DNA of 64,000 bases from Trichomonas gallinae (Eukaryota). How positions within the stretch are numbered: the first letter of the stretch is position 1; every line of letters starts with the position of its first letter. Positions 42,146-52,955 of this stretch are shown piece by piece. The position numbers and the translations under genes are program-made. The notes beneath the pieces were generated by a model. That model was not told the DNA's origin, searched no databases, and saw nothing but the letters and a program-made list of their open reading frames with translations. The stretch spans positions 1-64,000 of the forward strand of contig MRSU01000563.1 of the NCBI GenBank assembly GCA_008369845.1, read 5' to 3'.

Positions 42146-43225
42146 TTAGTCTATTAGATATATAAATACATATAAGTAAATAAATCTATTGTAGCTAAAA
42201 CAGTTTTCTTTTGTACAGCATGAAAGAGGAAGCACAGTGATTCTGCAGACGCCATTACCTGAATGACCTATATTTTGGGATCCATCAGGCAATGTCATGA
42301 GCTGGTTGCCAGCAAGCATCTTTGTGTCGCGAAAATACAGCCCTGAGAAATGTATAGATGTGCCGTTACTTATATCGGATGAAAGATCTGGTGAGACAGA
42401 GATGCATCCTGGGTGTCCACTGATATAAGAACTCCCACCAGTGGCTCCCCATTCGTAAATATTATTTCCTGCGAGTGATTCAATCGCGTAGCCACCTCTA
42501 TATCCAGCTCCAAAACCTCCTGTGCCTCCGAGGTTGCCATCAGCTGAACTCAAACCGTTCATTCCTTTTCCAAGCGACCCACTTGTTTGAGTTCCGCCGA
42601 ACATAAAGGAATTCACAGAAATGGCAGAGAGGCTTCCACCAGGCTGGCCTTTTGGAAATTGTCCAGCACATTCTCCACCTCCTGAGCCAGCAACAATGAT
42701 ACGGCTTTTTGTAGAGCGCAAAAGGGCAGATTCGTCTGTCAAATTGCTGTTGATGTCAAAAAAATCAATTCTGACATCAACACTTCCACCCCCACCAGCT
42801 CCATTTTCTGGTATATCATTGACAGTACCTTTATCATAGTAGTCAATGCCACCATTTCCACCGAAATTCCATCCACCTTTTATTGGGTTTGTCAAAGATT
42901 CAGTTGTGATCAAATCCTCTCCTTGACCTCCAAGGTAGATGAATAATGGGGTCGGTTTTAGTAACTTAATAACTCCTTTTACATATGCTCCATTTCCAGC
43001 ATTTGCGGTTTGTGAAAATTTTGCAGAATTATAATTTCTAGCATTTCCTCCTGAAGCTCCCCAGAGCTCTATTTTATATAATCCAGAACTCAATAATACC
43101 TTATATGGCTCACAATATGTTCTATTATTACATGGATAATCAAAAAGATATGAATATCTATTAACAGTTACACGATCATACGCAGCTCCAGTATAGTTAT
43201 ATAATGAATATGTAATATACTCCAT
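42146..43225 (-). CDS. Glycine-rich domain protein
   Basis: FDYPC..C.PY..L..GLYKIELWGASGG, GGWNFGG, GGGGSVDVR, RIIVAGSGGG, GGSSYISG, GNGVCRIT; hydrophobic tail. Confidence 0.9.
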   Translation of the reverse strand: MEYITYSLYNYTGAAYDRVTVNRYSYLFDYPCNNRTYCEPYKVLLSSGLYKIELWGASGGNARNYNSAKFSQTANAGNGAYVKGVIKLLKPTPLFIYLGGQGEDLITTESLTNPIKGGWNFGGNGGIDYYDKGTVNDIPENGAGGGGSVDVRIDFFDINSNLTDESALLRSTKSRIIVAGSGGGECAGQFPKGQPGGSLSAISVNSFMFGGTQTSGSLGKGMNGLSSADGNLGGTGGFGAGYRGGYAIESLAGNNIYEWGATGGSSYISGHPGCISVSPDLSSDISNGTSIHFSGLYFRDTKMLAGNQLMTLPDGSQNIGHSGNGVCRITVLPLSCCTKENCFSYNRFIYLYVFIYLID

Positions 43226-43680
43226 TTGATCATCCCCATTTCAAAAATTTTAAAAATTCAACCATTTTTGTCACTTTTATTCCGATAATATTTTGTCACT
43301 TTTAAAACAAATTTCGTTAAGGTTAAGTTTATTTCTTCACAAAATTGAGAGCAAATAAGGAGTTGTGTAGAATATAACCTTTTGCATTTATTTTGCTGAT
43401 AATATTTTATACACTGGCTATTGTACACTATAAATAATCAATATTCAGAAAAAAATTAAAATTGACGTTCAATCGACCAAATATTATATTAATATTCTAG
43501 CTCATATGTGCATATTTTACTAAAAAGCCAAACAAAGGTTCTTGGTATTTCAAATTCTAATATTTTTGAAAGTGTTTCAAAAAAAAAAGCATTACAAAAT
43601 GTGTTTTTTATTTGTTTTTATGCTAAGGTTTAATTCATAGGCTAATAAAATTTTACATTCAAAATTATCACTTTCAAAAA

Positions 43681-44532
43681 ATGCTTCGTTTGTTATTGAC
43701 TCTGCAATCAATTGCTGGCTCATTGAAACCATCGAAATTAAAAACAAGCAAAGATTGGCTCCAACTGTCAAGATTAACAGCGCAGCCATTAGAAGATAAA
43801 TGTTACAATAAATATTCAGTTATTATACGAATTAAATCTCAATCAACGAAAGATGCATACAGAATTCTTGACTCTCTTGACTTTAAAAAGGGAACTTTCT
43901 GTTTCGAAATATTCGTTTTGCATAATTTTTCATCAAACGTCTTCAATTTTAACTTAGAATTTGCAGATGTATACGGTATAAATTCAGCAAAATGGGACAT
44001 ACATACAGACTTTTATTTGCCGAAAAATATTAGTACAAAATATGTATTTATTATTGACGATGATGTTTTGATCAAAACAAGTAATAATAAGCTGAATCTA
44101 GATGAAATATTCAAAGAATTGTTGTTTAATGAAAATTATAATGATAAAATTTTCAGCCCATTTATTAGAAAGGTTGAGAACAATAAGTATAACATTCATG
44201 TCCTTGAAGATTTTAATATGGTACTTCCTAACTTCATGTTAACTACTACCGATACATTAGTAACATATAATATGTTTACAAAAGTAGCAAATCAAGAGCT
44301 TGTTGAATATCTAAATGATGGATGTTCGGATATATGGTTTAATTTCGCTGTTTCCAAGTTCAACAAGAAACCATTTGTCCAATTAGAAATATCCAATATC
44401 ATGTTTTCATTGAGCGACTCAACGGAAATTAATGATTTAGCTCACAGAATGGAATGTTTTAGAAGAATCAATGATACATATCCTGATATTAAACTTCCAG
44501 CTTCATATGATGTTTTGTATATTGAAAATTAA
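43681..44532 (+). CDS. Putative GT-A glycosyltransferase, GT64/EXTL2-like
   Basis: Signal-like leader; FYLPKNISTKYVFIIDDD (DxD); GCSDIWFNF; HRMECF. The CDS is secure; the family call is moderate. Confidence 0.65.
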   Translation: MLRLLLTLQSIAGSLKPSKLKTSKDWLQLSRLTAQPLEDKCYNKYSVIIRIKSQSTKDAYRILDSLDFKKGTFCFEIFVLHNFSSNVFNFNLEFADVYGINSAKWDIHTDFYLPKNISTKYVFIIDDDVLIKTSNNKLNLDEIFKELLFNENYNDKIFSPFIRKVENNKYNIHVLEDFNMVLPNFMLTTTDTLVTYNMFTKVANQELVEYLNDGCSDIWFNFAVSKFNKKPFVQLEISNIMFSLSDSTEINDLAHRMECFRRINDTYPDIKLPASYDVLYIEN

Positions 44533-44911
44533 ATTGGAAAATTATAGATTGTTTTTTGATAAAAATTGTTTTTACTATTGCTATAAAAATCTATATTTAT
44601 ATAAACATACATGAATATTTTGAAAAAAAAACATGGTATTTTAAAAATTATTGTTTATATCTAAAATAAATGACTGATTATATCATAAAATGTCCATAGC
44701 TTCAGCATCTTTTAAAGTTATTAAAATTAATGAAAGTCGAAAATAATCGTTGCATCATTCAATATTGAAAATCGAACGATTATTTTTAGTTCAAAAAATA
44801 AGCTTATTCAAATATAATCGTTAAAATTAATGGACACCCAAATATATATCAAATAATAATTATATAAATCTAACATCTATTTAAATATAAACAAAACAAA
44901 AAATAATAAAA

Positions 44912-47900
44912 CTATAATGGTAGTCTGTTGATAAATAACTCTATATCTCCAATACTTCGTGGTGGAATGAAACCAACAAAATTTCCTTTCTTTTCTAGTG
45001 CTTCATATTCATCTTTTGTTATCATTATCTTTTCTGGAGGCACCACATCAATCAAATCGAACGCTTCGATCATTGACTCAGAGCAGAAATCCAAAATGCA
45101 TCTTTTGATTCCTGACATGAAACCATATGATTTTCCGGCGAATCTCATGACACCAGTCAAAACTTGCAAATGGTTGAAAGCTTTGTTGATGCCTTCTGAT
45201 GCCAAACGTATGAACTCAATCATGTTCTCAAGGTTTTCTTCTTGTGTTTTCTCTTCTATGATTCCAGCAATGTAAACAAAAATTCCGTTGAATGTTCTGA
45301 TCCTTGTAACGGTTTTACATTGCTTAAGTACTGAGTCCATGATGGACATTGATACTTCAGTCAAATCATTGTCTTGAAGTCGCAAATCACCTCTGAAATA
45401 TCCGATTTTCGTTTTAATTGTTGCAGCTAAAATTACGGCATTTTTAACTTCGAAAAAATTCTGGATGCTTCCATCAATAAATTTAGGAATCAATGCATCA
45501 GGCATCAGCATCTTTAATAACGCATTGCTGCATGTCTTTGCCTGTTCCAAGTCTTTCTTCATGTTATTGATTTCAGTCATGTTCCTCATTAACATCGCAA
45601 AATGAGTCAAGAATCCTTTGATAGTTATCGGAATCAAAACTGCGAAGTATTCGATTTTTGCTCCACTTTGTGTTGTTGCAAATAATGTAAATGTTTTCTT
45701 TGTTATTACACCTACAGGTGAGAACATTGACTTGATGAAAGAGTATAATCCTGGATTTGTTGATGGTTCGAAAATTACTGACAAATCTTTCGAATCTATT
45801 GAAGAATAACCTAAGTCTGCTTCTGTCTGTTGATTTCCTCCTGTAATCTTCCAGTTTGTGTCGAAGAAAACAACTGGATCTCTCATCTGTGTGACAATTA
45901 TTTGCGATAAATTGTCTAAGTCGATTGGCTGGTTCGTTTTGATTTCAGGCGTCAACGAGTTGATCATGTTTGCTTGAGTTGATGAATATTTGCTGTGCAA
46001 AACCAAAACAAGATGCTTTGCATTAATTAGAATATACTTCATGTTCATTATATATCTGAAACTTATCCCCAAGAAAATAAAGACTGTGCAGTCATTCAAA
46101 AACCAAAAAGCCAAGTCAATGTAGCTCAACTCTGATTTGTCGATTCTGACATTTTTCTCTTCATATGCTTCTTCTATTTGTTCAACTAATCTCTCTGCAA
46201 TGTCTTTGATGAAATACTTGACGTCATTGAATTTAAATGATCTGTTCTGACTGATGAATTCATTCCATTCGTCGAAAAGTTTGTAATATTTTTCTGGATA
46301 ATTCAAAGAAGGATCTAACCATGATTTTCTCGGAACAATGCTCATATAATCTCTGGCTCTTGTTTGATTTGCAATTAATGCAGCCATCTGTATTAAAAGG
46401 TCAGATCCTGCGCAAACTTGCTTCTGGAGGCCAATGGCTTCATTGACAAATTTTATCTTTCCTTTTCTGTATGAATATTCGATCAATCCAACCATCATGA
46501 ATCTGAACAAAATCAAAATCAAAGTATAAATTAGATATGTAGACAAATTCGCTGGATCGTATAACTTGATATCTACTTTAGCATTTACTGATTTTTCGAT
46601 GAGTTCTTGATAATCATCACCTTGAAATGTTTCGAATTTTTCATCAACTTCCAACTCTTCTAAACTCAAAGCTCCTTCATTATCGACGCTGAATCTGTGG
46701 ATTCCGCTTTGCATGCGAACATTGTTGATCTGTATAAATAAATTTGATCTGAATTCTTCGAGTGTTTGTGTTTCTATTCCATTAAAAACTGAAATGATTT
46801 TGTTCAAATATTTCTTAGTCAAAAAGACATTGAAAACAGCCATGATGACATAAAGAACAATAATCAACGAAAATATTATATAAAGCCATATCACTTGTGG
46901 GCCTTCTCTAAAATAGTTTGAGCATCTGATGTATCTGTCGACAATTGGCTGAATTGATTCGTTGAATGAGTCAATGAAATAATGGATATATCTTAAGTTT
47001 CTAAAATTGAAATCTTCGTTTGTCGAAGTCATTTCTTTCAAAGCCATCATTTTGTAGAAATTCTTCATATAATTGATATTTGTCGGTCTTGATACATCAA
47101 TAATTGGTTTTTTGTCGATTGCACACATGTATTTGCCCAAAAATTGGACAACATCAGCGAAATAAACATCTTTGAGATTTTTCGAAATTGTTGAGTTTTC
47201 TATGAATTGTTCACCAAAATATTTGTAAAAATTATCGAGATCTGTCATAGCTAATGATATCTTCATATACAGTGGTGAATGTGTTTGGTGGAAATAGTCA
47301 TATGAGTAAAAGTTTGTCACCGAAGATATTGTTGAAACAGAAACAATTGGCAGCATCATGTAAACTGTCATTACGACAACAATCCACTTCGCAAAAGTGT
47401 TTGGATAAAGCGAAATATTGTCTAAAGCTTTCTGTTGTGACAATGACTGTGAATACATCTCGTCAAAATTCTGTTTTTCTTTGGAAGGATTTTTAATTTT
47501 GAAGTTTGTTATTCCGTTTCTCGATGGATCTGTCAATAAGGTAAATTTCGTTTGATCATTCTGAACCAATAACTGTCTACACCTACAGAAATCACCTGAG
47601 TAGTTTGTTAAATAATCTCTGTATATGTTCATTAGCTCTTTGGAACGTGGATTTCCTTCTATCGCGTATTCAGCCATCTTTTTGAATCTGTGAGATCTCA
47701 TAGCGAAATTCAGCAAAGTGTTGAATTTTGAATCATCATAATGCATCTCGCACAATGAGTTTACGAAAGCATAGAGATAGATCTTCGTCATCTGCTTCTC
47801 TTCTTCAAGCAAGTACATCAAGTTATGCACATCATCTTCATTGACTTGCAGTTTGTTCATTTCGTACTGTAACTCGTATAAAAAAGGTTTTGACGCCAAA

Positions 47901-49093
47901 CTTAACTTGCGAACATCAACGTGAAACAGCATTTCTCGTATCCTGTGTGGAATTGTGCCGATTATGTTGAGGCATTTTGCGCATTCTATTGTCAAATCAT
48001 CATCTATTTCTTCGTCAATTATCGCTATTAACAATTCGTTTAATTCGGAGAACCCAACCATAAACATGTAGTGCACCATCTGCATGAGTTTGTGCGGCCT
48101 GAATTTGGGAACCTGTATTCTGTTGTCTACATCCATGCAAACTTCATCTGCTATTTTGTAGCTCTTGTCGTACATTTTGCACAAGATATTGAAAACAGTT
48201 TTGCCAAAGAAAATTCGCCATCCAAGGAAAACGAACATCATAATAATTAAGCAAACAAAAGCGTTGAATTTGAAATGGTAGTAAAACAAAGAAACAATGA
48301 TGATAGACCATGTGTGTCCGGTGATGTTCAAAGCGAATATGTTGACTGATGCCGAAAAATAAGGTAATGTTGTAAACCAAGCGAACATCGAAAAAGAGAG
48401 GAACAGGTTGATGTACAACACTATAACAATTCCACTGTTGTATATAAAAATGAGCACCCATGCTTGTTGCGCTGAGCATGTTAATATGTATAACCAAAAG
48501 TAGTGTAAATGTCTCCAGAAAGAATGACAGATGGAATCTCTTGATGTAGCACTCTTTCTGAACAAAGAACCAACGAATGTGTAAAATGTAAAAATCATCC
48601 AAGACAATATCGCAATTATTAAAGGAAATATATTCGTTTCTTTCTTAATTACTTGTACTATTATCAATTGTAGTTCAGAAGATGAATAAGCTCCAAAAAG
48701 CGGTGAGATTTCTTGTATAATGAAGCAAAAAACGGAAGGTGTGTGATGTACGATGAATTTTTCGCGATTTCTATAATAGTAGATCAAGTAAAAAGTAAAC
48801 AAAAGTCCGAAACTGAACATAAAAAGGGCAACATATTTCGCTCCGATGAAATCTAAGGTCACAAAGTTGTAAACAAGAGTTGAATATAATCTAGCGAAAG
48901 TATTTTCACCGAAACTTCTAATTAATATGTGATAAACAGTGAATTTGAAATATAATAATATCGGCATAATGGTTTCGATGAAATTTCTTACAGCAGGGAA
49001 TGTATCCTGTTTAGTGCAGATCATGTGAAAAAAATGAAAGAAATTGCTCCATCCAGTCAGCATAGACCAGATTGGAAATGCATCTTCCTTCAT
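44912..49093 (-). CDS. Multi-pass membrane adenylyl/guanylyl cyclase-like protein with a PAS-like domain and degenerate catalytic domain
   Basis: Many N-terminal hydrophobic helices; DPVVFFDTNWKITGGN (PAS-like); coiled coil ending SNALLKMLMP; class III cyclase-like spacing (NAVIL, RIRTFNGIFVYIAG, GIKRCILDFCSE). Confidence 0.8.
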   Translation of the reverse strand: MKEDAFPIWSMLTGWSNFFHFFHMICTKQDTFPAVRNFIETIMPILLYFKFTVYHILIRSFGENTFARLYSTLVYNFVTLDFIGAKYVALFMFSFGLLFTFYLIYYYRNREKFIVHHTPSVFCFIIQEISPLFGAYSSSELQLIIVQVIKKETNIFPLIIAILSWMIFTFYTFVGSLFRKSATSRDSICHSFWRHLHYFWLYILTCSAQQAWVLIFIYNSGIVIVLYINLFLSFSMFAWFTTLPYFSASVNIFALNITGHTWSIIIVSLFYYHFKFNAFVCLIIMMFVFLGWRIFFGKTVFNILCKMYDKSYKIADEVCMDVDNRIQVPKFRPHKLMQMVHYMFMVGFSELNELLIAIIDEEIDDDLTIECAKCLNIIGTIPHRIREMLFHVDVRKLSLASKPFLYELQYEMNKLQVNEDDVHNLMYLLEEEKQMTKIYLYAFVNSLCEMHYDDSKFNTLLNFAMRSHRFKKMAEYAIEGNPRSKELMNIYRDYLTNYSGDFCRCRQLLVQNDQTKFTLLTDPSRNGITNFKIKNPSKEKQNFDEMYSQSLSQQKALDNISLYPNTFAKWIVVVMTVYMMLPIVSVSTISSVTNFYSYDYFHQTHSPLYMKISLAMTDLDNFYKYFGEQFIENSTISKNLKDVYFADVVQFLGKYMCAIDKKPIIDVSRPTNINYMKNFYKMMALKEMTSTNEDFNFRNLRYIHYFIDSFNESIQPIVDRYIRCSNYFREGPQVIWLYIIFSLIIVLYVIMAVFNVFLTKKYLNKIISVFNGIETQTLEEFRSNLFIQINNVRMQSGIHRFSVDNEGALSLEELEVDEKFETFQGDDYQELIEKSVNAKVDIKLYDPANLSTYLIYTLILILFRFMMVGLIEYSYRKGKIKFVNEAIGLQKQVCAGSDLLIQMAALIANQTRARDYMSIVPRKSWLDPSLNYPEKYYKLFDEWNEFISQNRSFKFNDVKYFIKDIAERLVEQIEEAYEEKNVRIDKSELSYIDLAFWFLNDCTVFIFLGISFRYIMNMKYILINAKHLVLVLHSKYSSTQANMINSLTPEIKTNQPIDLDNLSQIIVTQMRDPVVFFDTNWKITGGNQQTEADLGYSSIDSKDLSVIFEPSTNPGLYSFIKSMFSPVGVITKKTFTLFATTQSGAKIEYFAVLIPITIKGFLTHFAMLMRNMTEINNMKKDLEQAKTCSNALLKMLMPDALIPKFIDGSIQNFFEVKNAVILAATIKTKIGYFRGDLRLQDNDLTEVSMSIMDSVLKQCKTVTRIRTFNGIFVYIAGIIEEKTQEENLENMIEFIRLASEGINKAFNHLQVLTGVMRFAGKSYGFMSGIKRCILDFCSESMIEAFDLIDVVPPEKIMITKDEYEALEKKGNFVGFIPPRSIGDIELFINRLPL

Positions 49094-49893
49094 AATTTTT
49101 AATTCATTTCTTGTTTAAAAACACTTGTTTGACAGATATGTTCATTCTACTGGTTTTGTTGTAAAAATTTCCTCGTTATTTTTTGAAAGTCGTTTGAAAA
49201 ATCATTAAGAAAATTTTGAGAAGAATTATAGTATATCTTCTAAATGTTGTTATTTATCATTGCAAAAATTTCAATGATGGAAAATAAAACAGGGCCTGAC
49301 AAAAATAAAGAGGAGTTAAACATTTTTCTTACATTTTTGATGTACAGGAATTTAACGAATTCTAAAATCCATCAAATGAAGAAATTATTGTAAAAATATC
49401 AACTATCATTTTAGGGGGAGACGCCAATTGAAAATACTTTTGAATGAGTATTGAAACTGATGAATTTATTAATTACATATAATTATATATTTTTTCATTG
49501 TAAATTATTTTCAATGAGTAATTTGTCACTTTTTATTTATTTAACTGTAATTCATAGAAATTTCTCTTCTATTTTCGGAATATATACGATTTAGAGATCA
49601 TAAAAATCATCAATAATCGAATTGATTGTTTAATTTCGCATTTTATTGTCCGATTTTGTTTATTCTACACTATTATTCTGATTATATAATGTTACTTTTC
49701 ATGTTTTACGTAGAAAAAATAATGACTTTTGTTCAATGATTGATGAAAAATTAATCGAATATAATTACATGCTTTGGATATGATCCTCATGTTATTTAAC
49801 AATAGATAAAGAATATTTTATGCTCTTTCCTTATATTTTCGAATATAAAATTCAATGAAAAAATTATATTTGATAATAACAATTATAAACAAT

Positions 49894-51189
49894 TTATTCT
49901 ATATTGGTTCTACATGGTAATTTGCCGTCATTGTTTTTAATAGTGGCATCTCCTCCATTTTCAATAAGATAATTAAAAATATCTTCTTGACTACTAAAAT
50001 GCAAAGCAGTGTTTCCTTTATAGTCCTGCTGATTCAAACTAATATGGTTATTAACCAAAATCTTAACAATTTCAAAATTATTATTCCAACATGCATAATG
50101 CAAAGCTGTTCTTCCCTTTTTATCCTTACTATCCAAATTTGTTCCATGTTTGCATAACAACTCTACATTTTCCGCAATATTAAAATCAACTGCAATATAA
50201 ATCGGAGTTTGTCTGTTGATATCATTGGCATTAACATCTGCACCATACTTTACAAGCGTATTTATCGCGTGTATATTCTTCATTTTCACTATTCTGTGTA
50301 ATTCTGTCCTTCCATATGAATCTTTTCCGTTAATGTCACAACCGTTGTCTATGAAGTACTTCACGAGCGATTCTATGCCGAACGACAGGCAGTAGTTGAA
50401 ACTCTTCTGCATGTCAGCATTTAGACAGAGCAGATAAATGAAAAGGTGCAAGTTAGAGAAATTGCTGCAGTCAACAACAGAAGCACGAAGGTTGTATTTA
50501 TCCTGCAGGAAAACAACTAAATCTATCGAATGATTTATTATAGCATTCTTCATGCAATCATCATCTATTTTGTCCCGTGCGCGCGTGAGACATTCGTGTA
50601 TTATGTCGTTGTTGCCACCAATAAACGAATTTGTCAGCGTGAGCCGAGTTATTTCGCAGCCTAATGATGTTAGACAGCGAAAACAAAGAACGGAGCCGTA
50701 AAATGATGACCACTCGATTAAAAGCTTCCCATTGATTCTTTCGTTGATATTTATCGAATTATTATTTATATATGATAAGAATGCATCAATATTATCGTTC
50801 ATTAAGTAAATCATTAAATCTTCTGTGTGAACGTTTAATAATTTGTCTATTTCTTCTTGATTTGAAGAACTGAGTAATAGTTTAACAATTTTCTTAAACT
50901 GTCTGAATACTATACCGCTTAAATCGAGATTGTATTTTTGATATAAACTTAAAAAAAGATGCCAATAGCCTCTTGTGTATTTTGGATTGTAATAGCATGC
51001 CATATCGATCATTTTAATAAATAAACTAGGATCTATCTCGTATTTTTCGATGACTTGAAACATTTTATTACACAAAGTATCAACATTGTCTGATGCTAAC
51101 CTAAAAATTCCATCTTCAACTTGAATATATTGGCCATAAAGTGAATATAATTGGTCAAATTTCTCATTGTCTAAAGTTAGCATCGACAT
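49894..51189 (-). CDS. DUF3447-like / ankyrin repeat protein
   Basis: LIEWSSFYGSVLCFRCL, SFIGGN..IIHECL, CMKNAIINH; ankyrin repeats GRTELH, QTPIY, GRTALH, GNTALH. Start placed at ATG 51189 after TCATAATTTT (the track uses 51261). Confidence 0.9.
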   Translation of the reverse strand: MSMLTLDNEKFDQLYSLYGQYIQVEDGIFRLASDNVDTLCNKMFQVIEKYEIDPSLFIKMIDMACYYNPKYTRGYWHLFLSLYQKYNLDLSGIVFRQFKKIVKLLLSSSNQEEIDKLLNVHTEDLMIYLMNDNIDAFLSYINNNSININERINGKLLIEWSSFYGSVLCFRCLTSLGCEITRLTLTNSFIGGNNDIIHECLTRARDKIDDDCMKNAIINHSIDLVVFLQDKYNLRASVVDCSNFSNLHLFIYLLCLNADMQKSFNYCLSFGIESLVKYFIDNGCDINGKDSYGRTELHRIVKMKNIHAINTLVKYGADVNANDINRQTPIYIAVDFNIAENVELLCKHGTNLDSKDKKGRTALHYACWNNNFEIVKILVNNHISLNQQDYKGNTALHFSSQEDIFNYLIENGGDATIKNNDGKLPCRTNIE

Positions 51190-52119
51190 CAATAAAATTA
51201 TGAGTAAAAAATCAACTTCATTCCGTTTCAAACTCATATATTTATTCGATTCCGGAATCATGTTGATGGAATTTTAGTGTTTTGATGATTAATTTTTCCC
51301 GACAATAAAATGAATCATTCCAAAAAGCATTAAATGCATTAAAAGAAGCAAACTATTGTGTATGTTATTTTAGCAGCTACATAATTTGCTTTTTCTACTG
51401 ATAAAATAAATTTGCATAAAAAATATAACTTAATTACACTATTTTATCACCATTAATAAGATATATAGACGTTATAGCTTTGATTTAACTAGTTAAAAAT
51501 ATATGATATGGTTTAATATTAAAATCACTAAAAATTGCAATTTCAGCTGAAATTCAATTAGAATATTGGCATATATTGTCTACAGTCTATGTTCCTATTC
51601 ATATAATTTGAATAAATTAGTCAAATTCATTTCAAATTAGTAAAAGGTCAAAGAAACTTGATTTCTTTAGTAAATATTGCTATTATTTTTGATATTCTTT
51701 CGTTCTATATTACAGCCTTAGTTTTATAAATTTTATTTCGAGTCGGAAATGCAAAATTTGACATTTTCCAGTAAATTCGGTCGGAAATCTGATAAATTTA
51801 CTCATTAGGAGCTAAAGACAACTTTCTGTGTTTATATTTTTGAATTAATTTTTCAATCAAACAAAAAAAAAGTTTCTGCAAACACTAAATAAAGTCAATA
51901 ATATTATTTATTATCAAAACAAATTTTAACGTGCTAAAAAAAAACTTTTTTAATATACAAAAATAATAATATATATATTTGATACTTTTTTTGAATATTT
52001 TTTTAAGAAAAAAACTAAAAAATTGATGTTTCTTTGATATGAATCTTTTGGGAGTAATATTGTTTTTCCTATAAAAAAGTTCCTAATTTGTTTAACGTGC
52101 TTGTTGACATTTTTACATT

Positions 52120-52659
52120 TTGAAGAATCAGTCTCGCGAGAGCTTCTACAGTAGAAAGAGAAATGTCAGGCGTTTCGAAAAGTGGGAAGATATTATGATC
52201 ATGAACGAAGTTAAAACTTACGGATTTGAAGTAGCATTACCGAAGTTGATGCAATATCTCGCTAGAGATAAAAGATCTATAAAGGATAGATATGAGAAGT
52301 TCCTGTCCAAAAATCTGCAGCCATTTACCGAAGAAGAAAATAAACAAATTCTGAAACTCTATAACCAACACCCAGGAAACTGGCGTTTAATTTCTAAGCA
52401 ATTTTCCCATAGATCGGATATTCAAATTCGTATACAATACTATAAACTCAAATCTAAAAAATACGCAAACAAACACTTGGAACTATTAAAACAAATATCT
52501 GAAAATAGTTCATCTGATGACAACAATAGTGACATTAACAAAGAAGAAGATTTATCTTATTTAATTTTTGAAGATGAAAAACTCAAGTCAATATTTGAAG
52601 AAGATAACAATGTCACGAGATCTATTGATGTTGATGCACTTGTAAGCATTTTCGATTGA
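52120..52659 (+). CDS. Divergent two-repeat Myb-like protein; TTG start, possibly a pseudogene
   Basis: FEKWED..RDKRSIKDRYEKFL, PFTEEEN..W..ISKQFSHRSDIQIR. The first in-frame ATG lies inside repeat 1. Confidence 0.7.
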   Translation: MKNQSRESFYSRKRNVRRFEKWEDIMIMNEVKTYGFEVALPKLMQYLARDKRSIKDRYEKFLSKNLQPFTEEENKQILKLYNQHPGNWRLISKQFSHRSDIQIRIQYYKLKSKKYANKHLELLKQISENSSSDDNNSDINKEEDLSYLIFEDEKLKSIFEEDNNVTRSIDVDALVSIFD

Positions 52660-52955
52660 AAAAAAAAAAAAAAATTATATTATTCTTTTTCCTTTTGTCT
52701 TTCTTTCTATAAACTATAAATTTCTTTCCATTCTATTGAGCTGCTATTCATATGATAAGTAGTTTTTTTCTTATTATGTAATAAAATTAAAATAATACCA
52801 AAAGATTCTTGGATTTGCTTTAAAAACAAATGAATTATGCTAAAACAGTAAATTGAAGATAAGCTTGAATATTGTTATTTTAATAAGTTGAAAATATATA
52901 TTCGATAAAGATAATACAAGATTGATGGTAAATTTTGTAAATATCAATTTTAATG

